This document shows, piece by piece, positions 30,791 to 44,363 of a DNA stretch of 64,000 bases (positions are counted from its first letter, which is position 1; every line of letters begins with the position of its first letter). Under the pieces are notes generated by a model. The model worked only from the letters and a program-made list of their open reading frames with translations. It searched no databases and was not told the DNA's origin. The translations under genes were made by a program, and so were the position numbers. This DNA comes from Eledone cirrhosa (lineage: Eukaryota): the NCBI GenBank assembly GCA_964016885.1, contig OZ024744.1:21948001-22012000 (forward strand), read 5' to 3'.

Positions 30791-31029
30791 ATCTATGTGT
30801 GAGACATATACAGGAGATTAATAGTTGTGATATTCCTGATTATAAGTTTGCGCATTCAGAGTTTACGTGTGACCAAATAATTACAACTGCAAGTTATTTT
30901 AACGATCTCAGGTGTAAAAATCTGAAAGACTAAATCGGACATGACTTGTTATGAACTAACAACCCAGAAATAGAAACCTCGACACCTCAATATACGTACT
31001 TAGGGCTCCATTATATTTCCCCTTATATT

Positions 31030-31495
31030 ATGGCGTATGGCTTAGTGGTTAAAACATTGGGCTTACAGTCATGAGGTTGTGAGTTCGATTCTCGGACAAG
31101 TTGTGATGAGTTGTGTCCTTAAGCAAGACACTTTATTTGCACATTGCTCCAGTTTATTCAGTTGTAGAAATGAGTTGTGATGTCACTGGTGCCAAGCTGT
31201 ATCAGTCATTGCCTTTCCCTTGGACAACATCCGTGACGTGGAGAGGAGAGACTGGTATACATGGGTGACTGCTTGTCTTCTACAAACAAATCTTGCCCTG
31301 ACGTTTGCCTCGGTGGGTAACATTTTAGGTGCAAATTCCATGGACATTCATGACCGAAGAGGGGTATTTATCCTTTTTATATTGCCCCTCATCCTTATGT
31401 GGTCGATAAAATAAAGTATCAGTAATGCACTGGAGTCGATTTAATCAACTTGCCCCGTCCCACAAAATTGCTGGCCTTGTGCCTAAATCAGAACC
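31030..31495 (+). mobile_element. CORE-like tRNA SINE followed by a Nin-like SINE 3' part
   Basis: TGGCTTAGTGG A-box, GAGTTCGATTC B-box, TGTCCTTAAGCAAGACACTT; then GGTCGATAAAATAAAGTA. Confidence 0.8.
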
Positions 31496-32078
31496 CATTG
31501 TACAGCCCCTCCCCGTCAACCACTTTCCATCTTTCAAGTCCATATATTAACTTTCAACCTAACATATTTTCTTTCACAGAAGTATATATCCACATTGGTT
31601 TATGGTACAAACATTTTATATTTAAAATATTTAGATTTTCTTCTTGTATTTTGTTTCCTTCTTCTTTAACTGGCGTGGTGGATTATATATAACACATACC
31701 TCGTTCATTGACATTCTGAAGCTTTCAACTTCTGCAATACATAGCCACCCACACTCATACACACGCTGCTATCTTTCTTACCCTTTTGAAATTTACAAAT
31801 GGTATTTTTTATCTTCAGTCAAGGACAAGGCTACGTTTTGCTTTTTCTCACCGCCTTCCAACAATATTTTCTTTAAGCACACACACACACACTGATAAAA
31901 TACACTGACACACAAATGCACAGACACACAGACACACGCAATAATATATATGTGTGTGTGTGTGTGCGTACATGTACACACACACAGACACAGACACACG
32001 CACACATACAAACACACACACATACAGACATACACACACAAACACACAAACACACACAAACACACCACACACACACAA

Positions 32079-32136
<58 letters not shown>

Positions 32137-32454
32137 ATAACCTAAATGCTGTGAAAAAATCTAAATTCTTCAAATAGGATAAGAGTTAGATGACACTCTA
32201 CGTATAGGAGCAGTTTTAAAAAAGGGCCCTAGATTTTGACCAACTTTACCGACATATATAAACACATATCTCTTCCTTATATTTATCAAACCACACTTCT
32301 ACTACGCGTTTAGAAACGAACAAAAAAAGACGAAAGAAAAACATGTTTTAAAAGTAGTCTCGGATTCTGTTACATGTTTTGGGAGAGACATCTTCGCAAT
32401 TTCGTTGTGTATCTTTGAGAGAGATGCTCTGTGACGGTAATGAGTATGTATGAA

Positions 32455-32778
32455 ATGATTTTAACCCCTTTTTTCCCCAGATGTTATAACACCTTTTCCC
32501 AGCAGATATGTTAACCCCCACCCACCCCGATATTTAAACCCCATTTTTCCCCAGATATTTTAACCCCGTTTCCCCCCAGATATTTTAAGCCCTTTTCTCC
32601 CCATATATTTTAACCCCTCCCCAGATATTTTAAGCCCTTTTCTACCCAGATATTTTAAGCCCTTTTCTCACATATATTTTAACCCCTTTTTCCCCAGATA
32701 TTTTAACCCCTTTTCTCCCCAGATATTTTAACCCTTTTTTCTCCAGATATTTTAACCCCTTTTTTCCCAGATATTTTT
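32455..32778. repeat. About 25-30 bp minisatellite AGATATTTTAACCCCTTTTTCCCC
   Basis: About 11 degenerate copies. Confidence 0.9.
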
Positions 32779-32904
32779 ATATTTGGTGGATTGGCAAATA
32801 TCAATTACTGTGTCGCACTAAATGCCTTGCGGTATTTGTTCCGATTTTGTGTATGTATGCGCGCGCGTGTGTGTGTGTCTGCGTGTGTGTATATATATAT
32901 ATAT

Positions 32905-33640
32905 ATATGAATAAAATTAGTCCTTCATCAGTGATCTTCCAACCTTCATTGGCATTTCATCGCTTTAAAACTCATATACCTCTGGTTGGTGCGAGCAATA
33001 ACTAAATAAAATTATTGGGACAAGTAAAATAGAGTGAAGCGAGCGAGACATGTAAACAAACAGGATGAAGGACTAATTTTATTCATAAGTAACCCATGTG
33101 CAACCACGCAGCTCTCCATTTTTCTTATATTTATATTTTTTCCTCAGCTGCGATTGTCTGTTTCTTTCTTACTGCTTCCCCTCTCTCTGTATCTCTCACC
33201 TTCTTTTTACCCTCTCTGCCAGTCACACTATCTCTCGGCTGGCCTCTACCTCACACTTCCACTCACTCACTCTCTGCTTCTCCCCCTCTCTCACTTCCTC
33301 CCGTTTGACCTGTGTGAAATCCTTTTCTCGCTCACATCTCACCCATGTCGGATGGTCTGTATCTCTCGTCCATGAATTCACCAAGATTAAGCTTATAGAT
33401 ATCCTGTACTTGTCTCTTCCTATCTTTCCGTTGCAATACCATCTTTGTTTGTTTACATGTCTCGCTCGCTTCACGCTATTTTACTTGTCCCAATAACTTT
33501 ATTTGTTATTGCTCGCACCAACCAGAGGTATATGATTTTTAAAGCGATGAAATACCAATGAAGGTTGGAATATCACTGATGACTAATTTTATTCATATGT
33601 AACCCATGTGCAACCACGCAGCACTCCATTTTTCTTTTAT
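32905..33640. mobile_element. TA-embedded fold-back/permuted element, family copy at 51100-51600 (minus)
   Basis: 32907-33062 is inverted at 33445-33597; 33063-33125 is repeated directly at 33578-33635; contains CTGATGA. Confidence 0.8.
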
Positions 33641-33667
33641 ATATATATATATATGTGGGGGGGGGGT

Positions 33668-33715
<48 letters not shown>

Positions 33716-33853
33716 TAAATTCAAATCCGAATGTGCTCTATTTCGCTTTTCATTATTCTGAGTTCGATGAAATAAAATTCCAGTTATGTACTGGGGTTCA
33801 TTTAATCCGCAAACTTCCACATTTGTGTTTGTTACAATCAATTCTATTATCAA

Positions 33854-33895
<42 letters not shown>

Positions 33896-33902
<7 letters not shown>

Positions 33903-34331
33903 TAAAAAAATAATGAATAAAACAATGAATATTATACAAAATTATACAAACTATCAAATAGAATATACATACCAACACATACATATGCCGTCTTCAGAAA
34001 TAATTTCTGAAGACGGCATATGTATGTGTTGGTATGTATATTCTATTTGATAGTTTGTATAATTGTGTACATAGATCTGTTGAATATGCATGCCAATTCT
34101 AACACTTATATGTCCTAGAAACGATCGTTAAATAATGAACTTTTTTTGTTTAATATAAGGAACTGTTTCATTGTTTTATTCATTATTTTTTTAATATTTT
34201 ATCTTGACTCTGTATTCCGTTTATCTTTCACCGAAAGTGATTTTTGAATGCATCTCTTCTTTCCATGATATCCGGATTACATTGAGTTCTTCATACGGAT
34301 TGGACACTACCGTAAACTTTTGGTAGATTTA

Positions 34332-34335
<4 letters not shown>
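33896..34335 (+). mobile_element. TA-embedded insert with a perfect hairpin (33938-34064) and a hammerhead (34003-34133)
   Basis: attt-CTGAAGA-long stem II-GAAAC-gatc-GTT-aaat; palindromic stem III ACGATCGT. Confidence 0.75.
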
Positions 34336-34371
<36 letters not shown>

Positions 34372-34672
34372 TTGAAATAAAATGAAAACGAAATTTCATT
34401 TCTCACTCTTAGTACAGCACTTACTTAAATGTAAGTATGTGTGTATACGTACATAGATATATGTATACAGACGTACAGTAGCATGCACACACACACATAT
34501 ATATATATATATATACATACAGGTACACATACATATATGCACGTATCAGTTTAGCGGACGCTTATTATAACGCCGCTTTGTTCGTTTGTAAACAAACTGA
34601 ACAGCCTGAATTTTTTATGCCGTACGGTGTTAAGGCAACCACGTCACCTTTTTGTTCAACACTGACACAGGA

Positions 34673-34715
34673 ACGATGTACTAGTTTCAAGCTTGTTAGC
34701 TATCATCAGCACCGT
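34673..34715 (-). ncRNA. Minimal hammerhead ribozyme with intact core, inside fold-back element 34368-35050
   Basis: acggtg-CTGATGA-t-agct-aaca-agct-t-GAAAC-ta-GTA-catcgt; stem III palindrome ACTAGT. Confidence 0.85.
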
Positions 34716-35048
34716 ATACCCTTCTGCCAGATAGTTGAAGGTTCGAAAGTATATACTTTCCTTATGAAAATTAACGGCTGAGCAGCCTAATTTGCATATC
34801 GAGTGAGTCAAGTCGGTCAGGCATACCGAAAACGATAAGTTGAAATAAAATGAAAACGAAATTTCAGTGTACCTGTATGTATATTGTACGTCTGTATACA
34901 TATATGTATGTACGTATACACACATACTTACATTTAAGTAAGTGCCGTACTAAGAGTGAGAAATGAAATTTCGTTTTCATTTTATATATATATGTGTGCA
35001 TGCTACTGTACGTCTGTATACATATATGTATGTACGTATACACACATA

Positions 35049-35108
<60 letters not shown>

Positions 35109-35229
35109 TATAACAATGGGAGGTTATACCCGTAGAAGCAGACCACTCAGTCCAAGGGACGAGTTCGGTAGAAGTTAGTTTCTCAGCAGTTAAATAACTC
35201 GATAATGGTTAACTGTTGTGGAACTAACT

Positions 35230-35321
<92 letters not shown>

Positions 35322-35774
35322 ATGTCCATAGAATCATTTGATAATATATATACACCATTTCCTCTCCCAATTAGCATGATCAACCACACAAAAAAAACAA
35401 AAGAATTAAACCAGGCTATACGATTAAAAGGGACCTATGGAGAAATAGTGGAAAAATAAACGAGAGCCATCTATTCGTGGTCAACCGCTATAGAATATTT
35501 ACCCGACATTTCAATTCCACGTGGAAATCGATTAAATATACCGTCAACCATACACAATTAGGTATAAAATTAAAGTTAGAAGAAAAAATGCATATACACA
35601 TACCAGGATTAAGTTTCTACCCTTAATACTTCAACACTCTAACTTGCACTAGGCGTGAAACAAAGTTCTGTACAACAGGAGGGAAAATCAGTTCTGAAAA
35701 GTCTGAGACACTTGTCCTCTAAAGCAATTCTGCGCAATGCACTCTACATGTGAGTAGAGTTCCACTGAAGTAAG

Positions 35775-36570
35775 TGTAGAAGGTCAAGTATCTCCGGGCC
35801 GTGTTTGTTGAATGATGGAAAGCTGGAGACTAAATTAAGTGCAAGAATTGCAGGAGTTGGTGCTGTAATGCGTCAGTTTTTGGCATTCAGTAATCTGAAG
35901 AAGGGTGGTAGGTGTAAAAGCCTATAATGACCGAAAGAATACGATCGAGAATACAAGCGGCCGAAAGGTGAGTCGCACCAGGTAGAGCCACTACTTCTCC
36001 GGATATAGAGATCACAGCTCTGATACTATGGACATGTGGTTAAAATGTCTCAGGAGATCAGAGAGTTACTCCAGGTAGAGTCACTACTTCTCCGAATTGA
36101 GAGATCACAGTTATGATACTATGGACATGTGGTTAGAATGTCTCAGGAGATCAGACAGTCACTCCAGGTAGAGCTGCTACTTCTCCGAATATAGATATCA
36201 CAGCTCTGATACTATGGACATGTGGTTAGAATGTCTCAGGAAAGAATCACTGGACAGATCTATACAGGCAAAACCAACTAGCAGGAGACCCAGCGGTAGA
36301 TCCCGAGGAATATGGGAGGATAACATCTAGGCGCTTGGATGGTCAAGTTTAGGTATCCAGTTATCAGTTAGAGACGGTTGCTACTGATAGGACCTGCTGG
36401 AAGGAGTGTTTAAGGGCTCTGACCCCACGACTCTCTCAGGAATAAGTGGGTGAAGAAGAAGAAGAAGAAGAAGAAGAAGAAGAAGAAGAAGAAGAAGAAG
36501 AAGAAGAAGAAGAAGAAGAAGAAGAAGAAGAAGAAGAAGAAGAAGAAGAAGAAGAAGAAGAAGAAGAAAT
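35775..36570 (+). mobile_element. RTE (Expander/Rex3-like) LINE 3' end with (GAA)n tail and internal triplication
   Basis: KYL, RSRIQAAE, LLRIERSQL.YYGHVVRM, RRPSGR; about 93-bp unit at 35978, 36071 and 36163. Confidence 0.75.
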
Positions 36571-36811
36571 GTTATTTGAATAATAATATCATAGAAATAA
36601 ATAATGAAATAATCCCGTTTAACTTTAAACACTTTCACGTGTCTGTAAGAATCTGTTATGTAAACCATAAGTTTATCAAAACACAAATGTCCCAGTTACT
36701 GTGATTAATAATATACCCAGTAGTATTACTATAGAAGAGGGTAGGACGAAAAGTTCATAGTCTGAAGGAGTGATGCTAGAGCTGTGAAATCTTGCATGCA
36801 TTAATTACATG

Positions 36812-36956
36812 TTCCAGCATAGTTACGTCCCTTTACGATCTGAGTTCAAATCCCGCCGAGGTTAACTTTGCCTTTCATCCTGACGGGGTCGATATAATAG
36901 AGTACCAGTAATACACTGGGTAATTGTTGGCCTTGTGCCTAAAGTAGAAACAATTA
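36812..36956 (+). mobile_element. Nin-like SINE, 5'-truncated
   Basis: GAGTTCAAATCCCGCCGAGGTTAACTTTGCCTTTCATCC. Confidence 0.8.
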
Positions 36957-37776
36957 ATTACAACTGTTCTTATTAATAATTGCATGTTTTCTTTCCAGTA
37001 ACTTTGTTGAAAAATAAACCTCATTTGGTTATTCCATGAGAGTATCTTAGTCTCCTATAAATTTTTCAACTGGCCCTCGCCTATAACAAACCAATCCTGG
37101 ATTCTCAGATTACATTCAATGTCATTGTCCACAAGATTTACAGAATTATTAGAATGTCGAACTTATTGTTTATTACTAACTGGCCCTGTGCCGTCAAAAA
37201 CGACGGTTAATTGTAATATCTATACATAATATAAAAAAGAAATATTTGTTTGTTGGTTGGTTCTTTCGCACTCCCTCACACAAGTGATACAAACATACAA
37301 ACACACAGCTGTGACGAATCTTAGAACGCTGGACTTCTATAGTTTCTCTCATCCCCTCCTTCTTCATTCATCACATAGATGTGTGTGTATGTAATGACTA
37401 TATTTATTAAGTGTGTCTGTTTATATATATATGTATGTGTAGATTGGTGTGTGTTTGTAATTCTATTGTCTATGTATCCTTCTAAATAAACACACACAAA
37501 CATATATACACTCATACAAATATTATATGTAAATAAAATGTACACATACACACATTTACACACACACAAACACTCACATAATCACAACAGCCAATGTGTG
37601 TAGCCAATTCACATACAGATTCAACGAATGTTAAACGCTGTAGTATGTAGGTGTTATCACCCCTCCTTCCTCAGTCATCTAATGTGTGACAGACAAATAC
37701 ACAAGGCTCTTGTATATATAAATATTTATATATATATGTATGGTATGTATGCACGCGTACACACACACATACATAC

Positions 37777-37821
<45 letters not shown>

Positions 37822-37965
37822 CATATATACATATACATATGTACGTATGGGTTATATCGATTATTATTATAATGTTCGATTCGTTTGTAAACAAACGGCC
37901 GGCTTTGAAGCTGTGCTGTGCCGGTGACCAATCGTCACCTGTTTGTAGAACACTGGCTTTGAGAA

Positions 37966-38008
37966 ACATTCAACATGTTTCTGGGTCGTTACCTTTCCTC
38001 AGGGCTGT
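37966..38008 (-). ncRNA. Degenerate hammerhead
   Basis: CTGAGGA-aaggtaacgaccca-GAAAC-at-GTT; stem I mismatched. Confidence 0.5.
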
Positions 38009-38177
38009 ATACCTCTGCCAATCTGTTGAACGGCTAAAATATATAGTATTTTCTTAAGTACACATCGGCTGAGTAGCCTCATTTACTACCGAGCGAGTTA
38101 CAACTGGGCTTGATTTTATTTCTCGCCCTAGCACAGCTGATACATAAATGTAAGTATGCACACGTACACACATGTAT

Positions 38178-38240
<63 letters not shown>

Positions 38241-38559
38241 GACATATATTTGGTCACCTGTTCTTCAACAGGTGTCTGTCTGTCCCTATCTCACTCTCCC
38301 TCTTTCTCTCTCTCTCATTTCCTCCTAACTTTCTCTCTTTCTTCAGCCCGTCTTTCTCTCCCTCTCACACAATCTCCTTTCTCTCTTCTCTCTCTCTCTT
38401 GCGCACAAGCTCACATCTACATACACACACACACACACACTGTCACACAGTCACTCACAAATACACACCCACTGCTTCTCTCTCTATTCCTCCTCATATA
38501 TATACATATATATTTCTTAAAATACATGCATGAATACATTCATACATACATATATACAT

Positions 38560-38910
38560 TATGGCTGCCCCCTCGTTATCGAGTATGGCCATTACACGAT
38601 ATACCATTATTAATAATTATTAATTAATTCTATAGTGCAATGCCTGTGCATGAAGATATTTTCTAAAGTGAGGAAAGACTGTGCACTGAGCCAATCCCAC
38701 TCTCTGATCGACAGTAGCTATAACCCGAAAAGAAGAAAAGATCAACATCATCGGTAACTACTGAGCCACGGGTTTATATCGGAGTTATCCCATTTTCCTG
38801 AGTTGCCTTCTCCTAGAAGAATGCCCTGACAAAGGCTAGGGGTTTGTCACTCCCAGTGGTCTAACTGCGTGATCGGGTTTTCAGCCCTACTATTTCTATG
38901 TTCCCGCATA
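38560..38910. mobile_element. RTE-related non-autonomous repeat (copies at 43620-43900, 45100-45715, 47195-48010)
   Basis: Shared GCAATGCCTGTGC..GAAG, GCCTTCTCCTAGAA..GCC.TGACAAAGGCTA; flanked by (TACA)n. Confidence 0.6.
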
Positions 38911-39299
38911 TGTACCTACACATGCATACATATACATACACATACATATTCATACATACATACGAACATACATACATACATACATACATGATGGCTGCCC
39001 CCTCGTTATCGAGTATGGCCATTGCACGAGGAGAAAGGAAAAAAAAAAATAATAATAATAATAAATACATTAAAAAAAATAAAAAAAAATAAATAAAAAA
39101 TAAAAATATATATATATATATATATATACATATACATACACATATACACACACACACACTCACACACACATATACACATACATTAATAACAATAATAATA
39201 ATAATAATCATAACAACAATAATAATAACGACAACAACAATAATAATATACATATACATATATATATACACACACACGCACACATATAAGCATATCTAC

Positions 39300-42200
39300 A
39301 CACACACAGACGATAGCAACTAACAGCGCTGCGATCGAATATGGCTTTTTAGCCCAGCCAATGATCTAAAATGTCTTGCACAGAGTCGGCAACCAAAACA
39401 TTCACTGGGAATAGTCGGCTGTGGTTGGAGTTCGTGTACTTTTGCATGTCGCTTGAGCCCTCCTGCTGATTTACATTCTCTACCACATGTTTGGCAAGCA
39501 TGATGTGTAGCATCTCCAACAGCAGCCTGGTAGTCAACCACTGGTCTTACTTTATGACTGTGAAGATGACTTTCGAGTCCAGCTTTTGCTTAGGCAGAGT
39601 CTCGCACATACGTTGCATGTCAGCACCATAGGAGGACCCTCGCCGTCTGGAAGTGCAACAGCAATGCCCTTCCTCACATCCCGCTTTACTTTCTCGTATG
39701 CGATTCGAGATGCCTCAAAGGCAACTTTTCCCTCATATACAGTCTTTCTCCATTTATTACGATCAGCAGAAATATTCTCCCATGTATCAGCAGAGATGTT
39801 AGCGTCTTTCAGAGAGGCTTTCAAGGAATCCTTATACCTCTTTTTTGGTTTATGTGGCGGTCGTTTTCCTTTAACCAACTCTCCATAAAAGAGTTGTTTT
39901 GGTATTCTAGAATCCTTCATCCTGGCAAGGTGACCACTCCAACGGAGTCGTTGCTTAAGCAGAAGAGCTTCTATACTGTCACACATAGAGCTTTCCAAAA
40001 TCTCGACATCACTGATCTGGTCCCTCCAGTGAACGCCATGGATCCGTCTGAGACACATCTGATGGAAACGCTCCAATTGCTTAAGGTGGTGTCGATATGT
40101 GACCCAGGTCTCGCAGGCATAAAGAAGACAAGAGAGCACACATACCCTGTACACCTTTACCTTTGTCCTCCTGCATATATCTCGCCGACCCCAGAGTCCC
40201 CTTTCTAGCTTTCCGAAAGCATCACTTGCTTTCCTAATCCTAAGTGAGATTTCACTGTCAAGGTTGCCGTATCGATTGACAGTGCTTCCCAGGTAGACAA
40301 ACTGATCAACCACTCCAAGTCGTTTGCCATACACATAGATGTTTGGTTCAGTGTACTGCTTACCAGGGGCAGGTTGGTACATGACGACGGTTTTCTTGAT
40401 ACTGACAGTCAGACCTAGGGCAGTGCAAGCGTCAGAAAATGTATTCAAAATGTGCTGCATATCACTCTCTGTGTGCGCTACAAGATCGCAATCATCTGCA
40501 TACAAGAGGTCTCTTATGATTGATGTAAATACCTTTGTCTTCGCAGCAAAGCGCCTGATGTTAAATATGCTTCCTGAGGTTCGATATCGGATGTAAACAC
40601 CATGCTCGCAATTCCTGAATGCAATACAGAAAACCATTGCAAAGTATATGGCAAACAGGGTCGGTGCTGGAATATCCCCCTGTTTCACTCCATTTTTTAC
40701 TTAGATAGGCTCCGACATGTTACCCCCGACATTAACCCAAGCCTTCATGTTGTCATGGAAAGACCTAACTAAAGCAAGGAACTTATCAGGGCAACCAAGT
40801 TTCTGGAGAACCTTCCATAATACATCTCTGTTAACAGTATCGAAAGCTTTTGTCAGATCGACAAAAACCTGATACAGATCCAAGCCTTGTTCCATGCACT
40901 TCTCCTGGAGCTGTCTAGCTGAGAAGATCATATCAGTAGTGCCGCGTCCAGCACGAAAACCAGATTGACTTTCAGGAAGAACACAATTTCCAATGTGTGT
41001 CAGCAGACGGTCCAGAAGCACCCTACATAAAACTTTCCCTACGACAGAAAGCAATGATATACCTCTGTAGTTCCCACAATCGTTCCTGTTACCCTTTCCC
41101 TTGTACAAGACCACCATTACTGCATCTCTCCAGTCCTCAGGTACGGATTCATTAGCCCATATCCTGCTAAACAAAGAGTGAAGATGTTGCAGGAGTCTCT
41201 CACCACCATATTGTAGGAGCTCAGCATGTATGCCATCCATACCTGGAGATCTTCCACTGTTCAGCTTCGAAATAGCCACTGCAACCTCCACAAGCGTCGG
41301 AGGTTCTGCGAGAGCTACTTTCACAGGACTTTCTGGAATGAGATTGAGGAAATCTTCACTGACGACAGACGGCTGATTCAAAAGATCATCAAAGTGCTCT
41401 CGCCACCTTCGTAGAATTCCTTGTGAGTCACGAAGAAGTTATTTGCCATCCTTGCTGCGAAGCGGTGTCACCAGAGAAGAAGACGGTCCATAAACCTCAC
41501 GCAAGAGACTGTACAACAGCTTTGTCTTATTGGAATCAGACGCAGTTTGTATCTCACCAGCCTTCTCACTCCACCACTGATCCTTCATCTGAGAAAGACT
41601 CCACCTAACACGTTATTTTACATCCCCGAGTTCCTCATGCAACGTATTCCTCTCCTGTGGTTTTGCCGTCAAGTAGCATGACAGAGCACGCCTCTTATCA
41701 GCCAACAAGTCTTCTATATGTACATCATTCTCATCAAACCAGTCCTGATGTTTCCTCTGCGCCAATCCCAGAACACGCCTGCCTACATCATAAACCGACT
41801 TTTTAAGGGTCGGCCAATCCTCACCAAGATCTGCAGCCTGCATCTCTTCTTCCAATGTCCTCTTCACATTTTTATCCTTAAGACGAGCAGCATTCAATCT
41901 TTTGAGCAGGGCAACACCAGGAGCCCGGATTTTACGTTTAGTGATTAGTTTCACTTTTGCGCGTACCGGGCGGTGGTCCGTCCAGCACTCAGCTCCACGA
42001 AGAATACGAACACACTGCACATCCTGTCTGTCACGCATCCTGACTAGGACGTAGTCCAAAAGATGCCATTCCTTAGATGCAGGATGCATCCATGTGGTCT
42101 TGAATTTGTTCTTTTGTTGGAACATGGTGTTGGTAACACACAGATCCAGCTCCTCACACATCTGCAGCAGGAGCATACCATTGCTGTTACACTTTCCCAC

Positions 42201-42800
42201 CCCATGCCTTCCGATTACATTCCATGTGTTAGAATCCCTACCCACTCTAGCATTAAAGTCTCCAAGCACGATGACTTTGTCTGCCTGAGGGATATTTCTT
42301 AAAACACCTTTCAAGGCATGGTAAAAGGACACCTTTTCCTCATCGACAGAACTCATAGTTGGAGCATACACACTCACCAGGGTAGCATATCTTCCCATGT
42401 CCAGCGGTACTCTCATGGACATAAGACGCTCACTAATCCCTACTGGGAATTCTTCTAATTTGTTCACAAGCACAGTCTTAACAGCAAATCCTACCCCAGC
42501 CTCTCTTCTGGTTCCTTCATCTCTTCCTTTCCAGAAGAATGTATATTCTCCACAAAATTCCGTAAGATGATCATCTCCAGCTAGCCTCGTCTCAGACAAA
42601 GCCACGATGTCAAGATCGTAACGTCGAAGCTCCTTTGCAACAAGAGCGGTCCTTCGTTCAGGACGCCCCAAGGAATCCCTCTCAAGCAGCGTCCGTACGC
42701 TCCAGCAGCCAAGACTAAATGCCTTGTTTGGCTCTATTACAATGGCACGATGACGAGCGGGCCCAGGCTATGATAACCTGGGGCCCCTGCCCTTATTGCC
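39300..42800 (-). mobile_element. Near full-length RTE (BovB-like) LINE: APE, RT and three C2H2 fingers
   Basis: LSETRL, VYAPT, LGDFNARVG, LDYVLV, WTDH; NYRGISLL, QSGFR, FVDLTKAFDTV, KQG, LYADD; a few frameshifts. Confidence 0.97.
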
Positions 42801-43362
42801 AATGATCTTGTAGTAAGACGCCTCACGCCTCTTGATAGAACATATATTTCATCTCTAATTTCTGCTGTTGAAATCATTATTATGTCAACAAGATAATCCA
42901 ACGAGGATACTATCACTTACCACACTGGCAACTAACGACTTTCAATCATCTACCCTGTTAAAGTGGCGACTACTCTATAACCAATACTGCTGATTTTCGA
43001 TAATTTGAAAATCTGGCAGGGGATACTGTAGTAAGACGCCTCACTCCTCTTGATAGAACAACGCTGGTTGAGAACGCGAGAAAGAAAAAACAGACAGCCA
43101 CTGAAAAGCCGACTGATCACACGCCAGAAACCAGCCTCTGTACCACACCATTGTTTGTGCTACATCAAAAAAAAACATATATTTCATCTCTAATTTCTGC
43201 TGTTGAAATCATTATTATGTCACTCGTATCTCAATAACATCTATAACTAATACTGCTAAAATCTTTTTTGTTCCAGAACCTAAATTGCCAATTATCTCTT
43301 TTATATTGTTGTGGAACATCATTGAATTGGAAAAAAAAAAAGAAAAAAAAAAAGTAATAATA

Positions 43363-43394
<32 letters not shown>

Positions 43395-43397
<3 letters not shown>

Positions 43398-43597
43398 GAA
43401 AATCGGCCCCTTCACGCTTTTTGGAACGCTTCAAAAGGCATGCTTGCTTGGAACGGCAAGAACCCTCCGATACGTCCTGAATATCTGAGGCTGCAGGTAG
43501 TGGCTTGATATTCAATCCAACGGACTTTCCAGTTAACCAACATCAATGACTGAGATTCAAGGAATAACAATAACAATAATAATAATAATAATAATAG
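43395..43597 (+). mobile_element. R4/Dong-type RLE retrotransposon 3' end in (TAA)n
   Basis: LQKACLLGTARTLRYVLNI* followed by a 3' UTR; flanked on both sides by (TAA)n. Confidence 0.8.
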
Positions 43598-44074
43598 TAC
43601 ACTATTAATAATTATTAATGCACTCGTGCAATGCCTGTGCATGACGAATATTTTTAAAGTGAGGAAAGACTGTGCACTGAGCCAATCCCACTCTCTGAGC
43701 GACAGTAGCTATAACCCGAAAAGAAGAAAAGATCAACATCATCGGTAACTACTGAGCCGCAGGTTTTATGTCGGAGTTAACCCAGTTTCCTGAGATGCCT
43801 TCTCCTAGAAGAATGCCCTGACAAGGGCTAGGGGTTCTTCACTCCCAGTGGTTTAACTGCGCGATCGGGAATCCAGCCCGATTATTTCTATGTCCCCGCG
43901 CAAAAAAACAAAACAAAAAAAAAACAAAAAAACTCAAAATAACAAAACACACACACACATGCACACAACACAACAACAACATCAACTGCCACCACCACCA
44001 CCGCCACCACCACTACCGCCGCCGCCATCACCATCACCAGCGACCGGGCCTTAAGAAAACAACTTTAATAATAA

Positions 44075-44225
44075 TTTTGCTGCTTTTGGCATGGATCCAG
44101 CGACTGGCCCAGCGCATCACTGGTACTCTCTTTTGTTGACTCCGTGGGGATGAAAGGCAAGGTTGACCTCGGCGGGATTTGAGCTCAGAGTGTGGAGGGC
44201 CGTGACTCTATGCTGTAAAGCAATT
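44075..44225 (-). mobile_element. Nin-like SINE
   Basis: GGATGAAAGGCAAGGTTGACCTCGGCGGGATTTGAGCTCAGA. Confidence 0.75.
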
Positions 44226-44325
44226 ATAATAATACTGGACTATAGTACGATCGGCTTCAACTATACAAACTCTTGAAAGTCAACAGTTAACATAATCTTG
44301 TAATCTTGTATCAGTAATGACGGTA

Positions 44326-44363
<38 letters not shown>

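Noticed and set aside
31030-31100. tRNA gene
   Set aside because: A and B boxes continue into a SINE body; no intact cloverleaf; multiple diverged copies
38635-43900. Direct repeats flanking the RTE as LTRs
   Set aside because: They are copies of a dispersed family also present at 45-48 kb, have no TG..CA ends and do not abut the element
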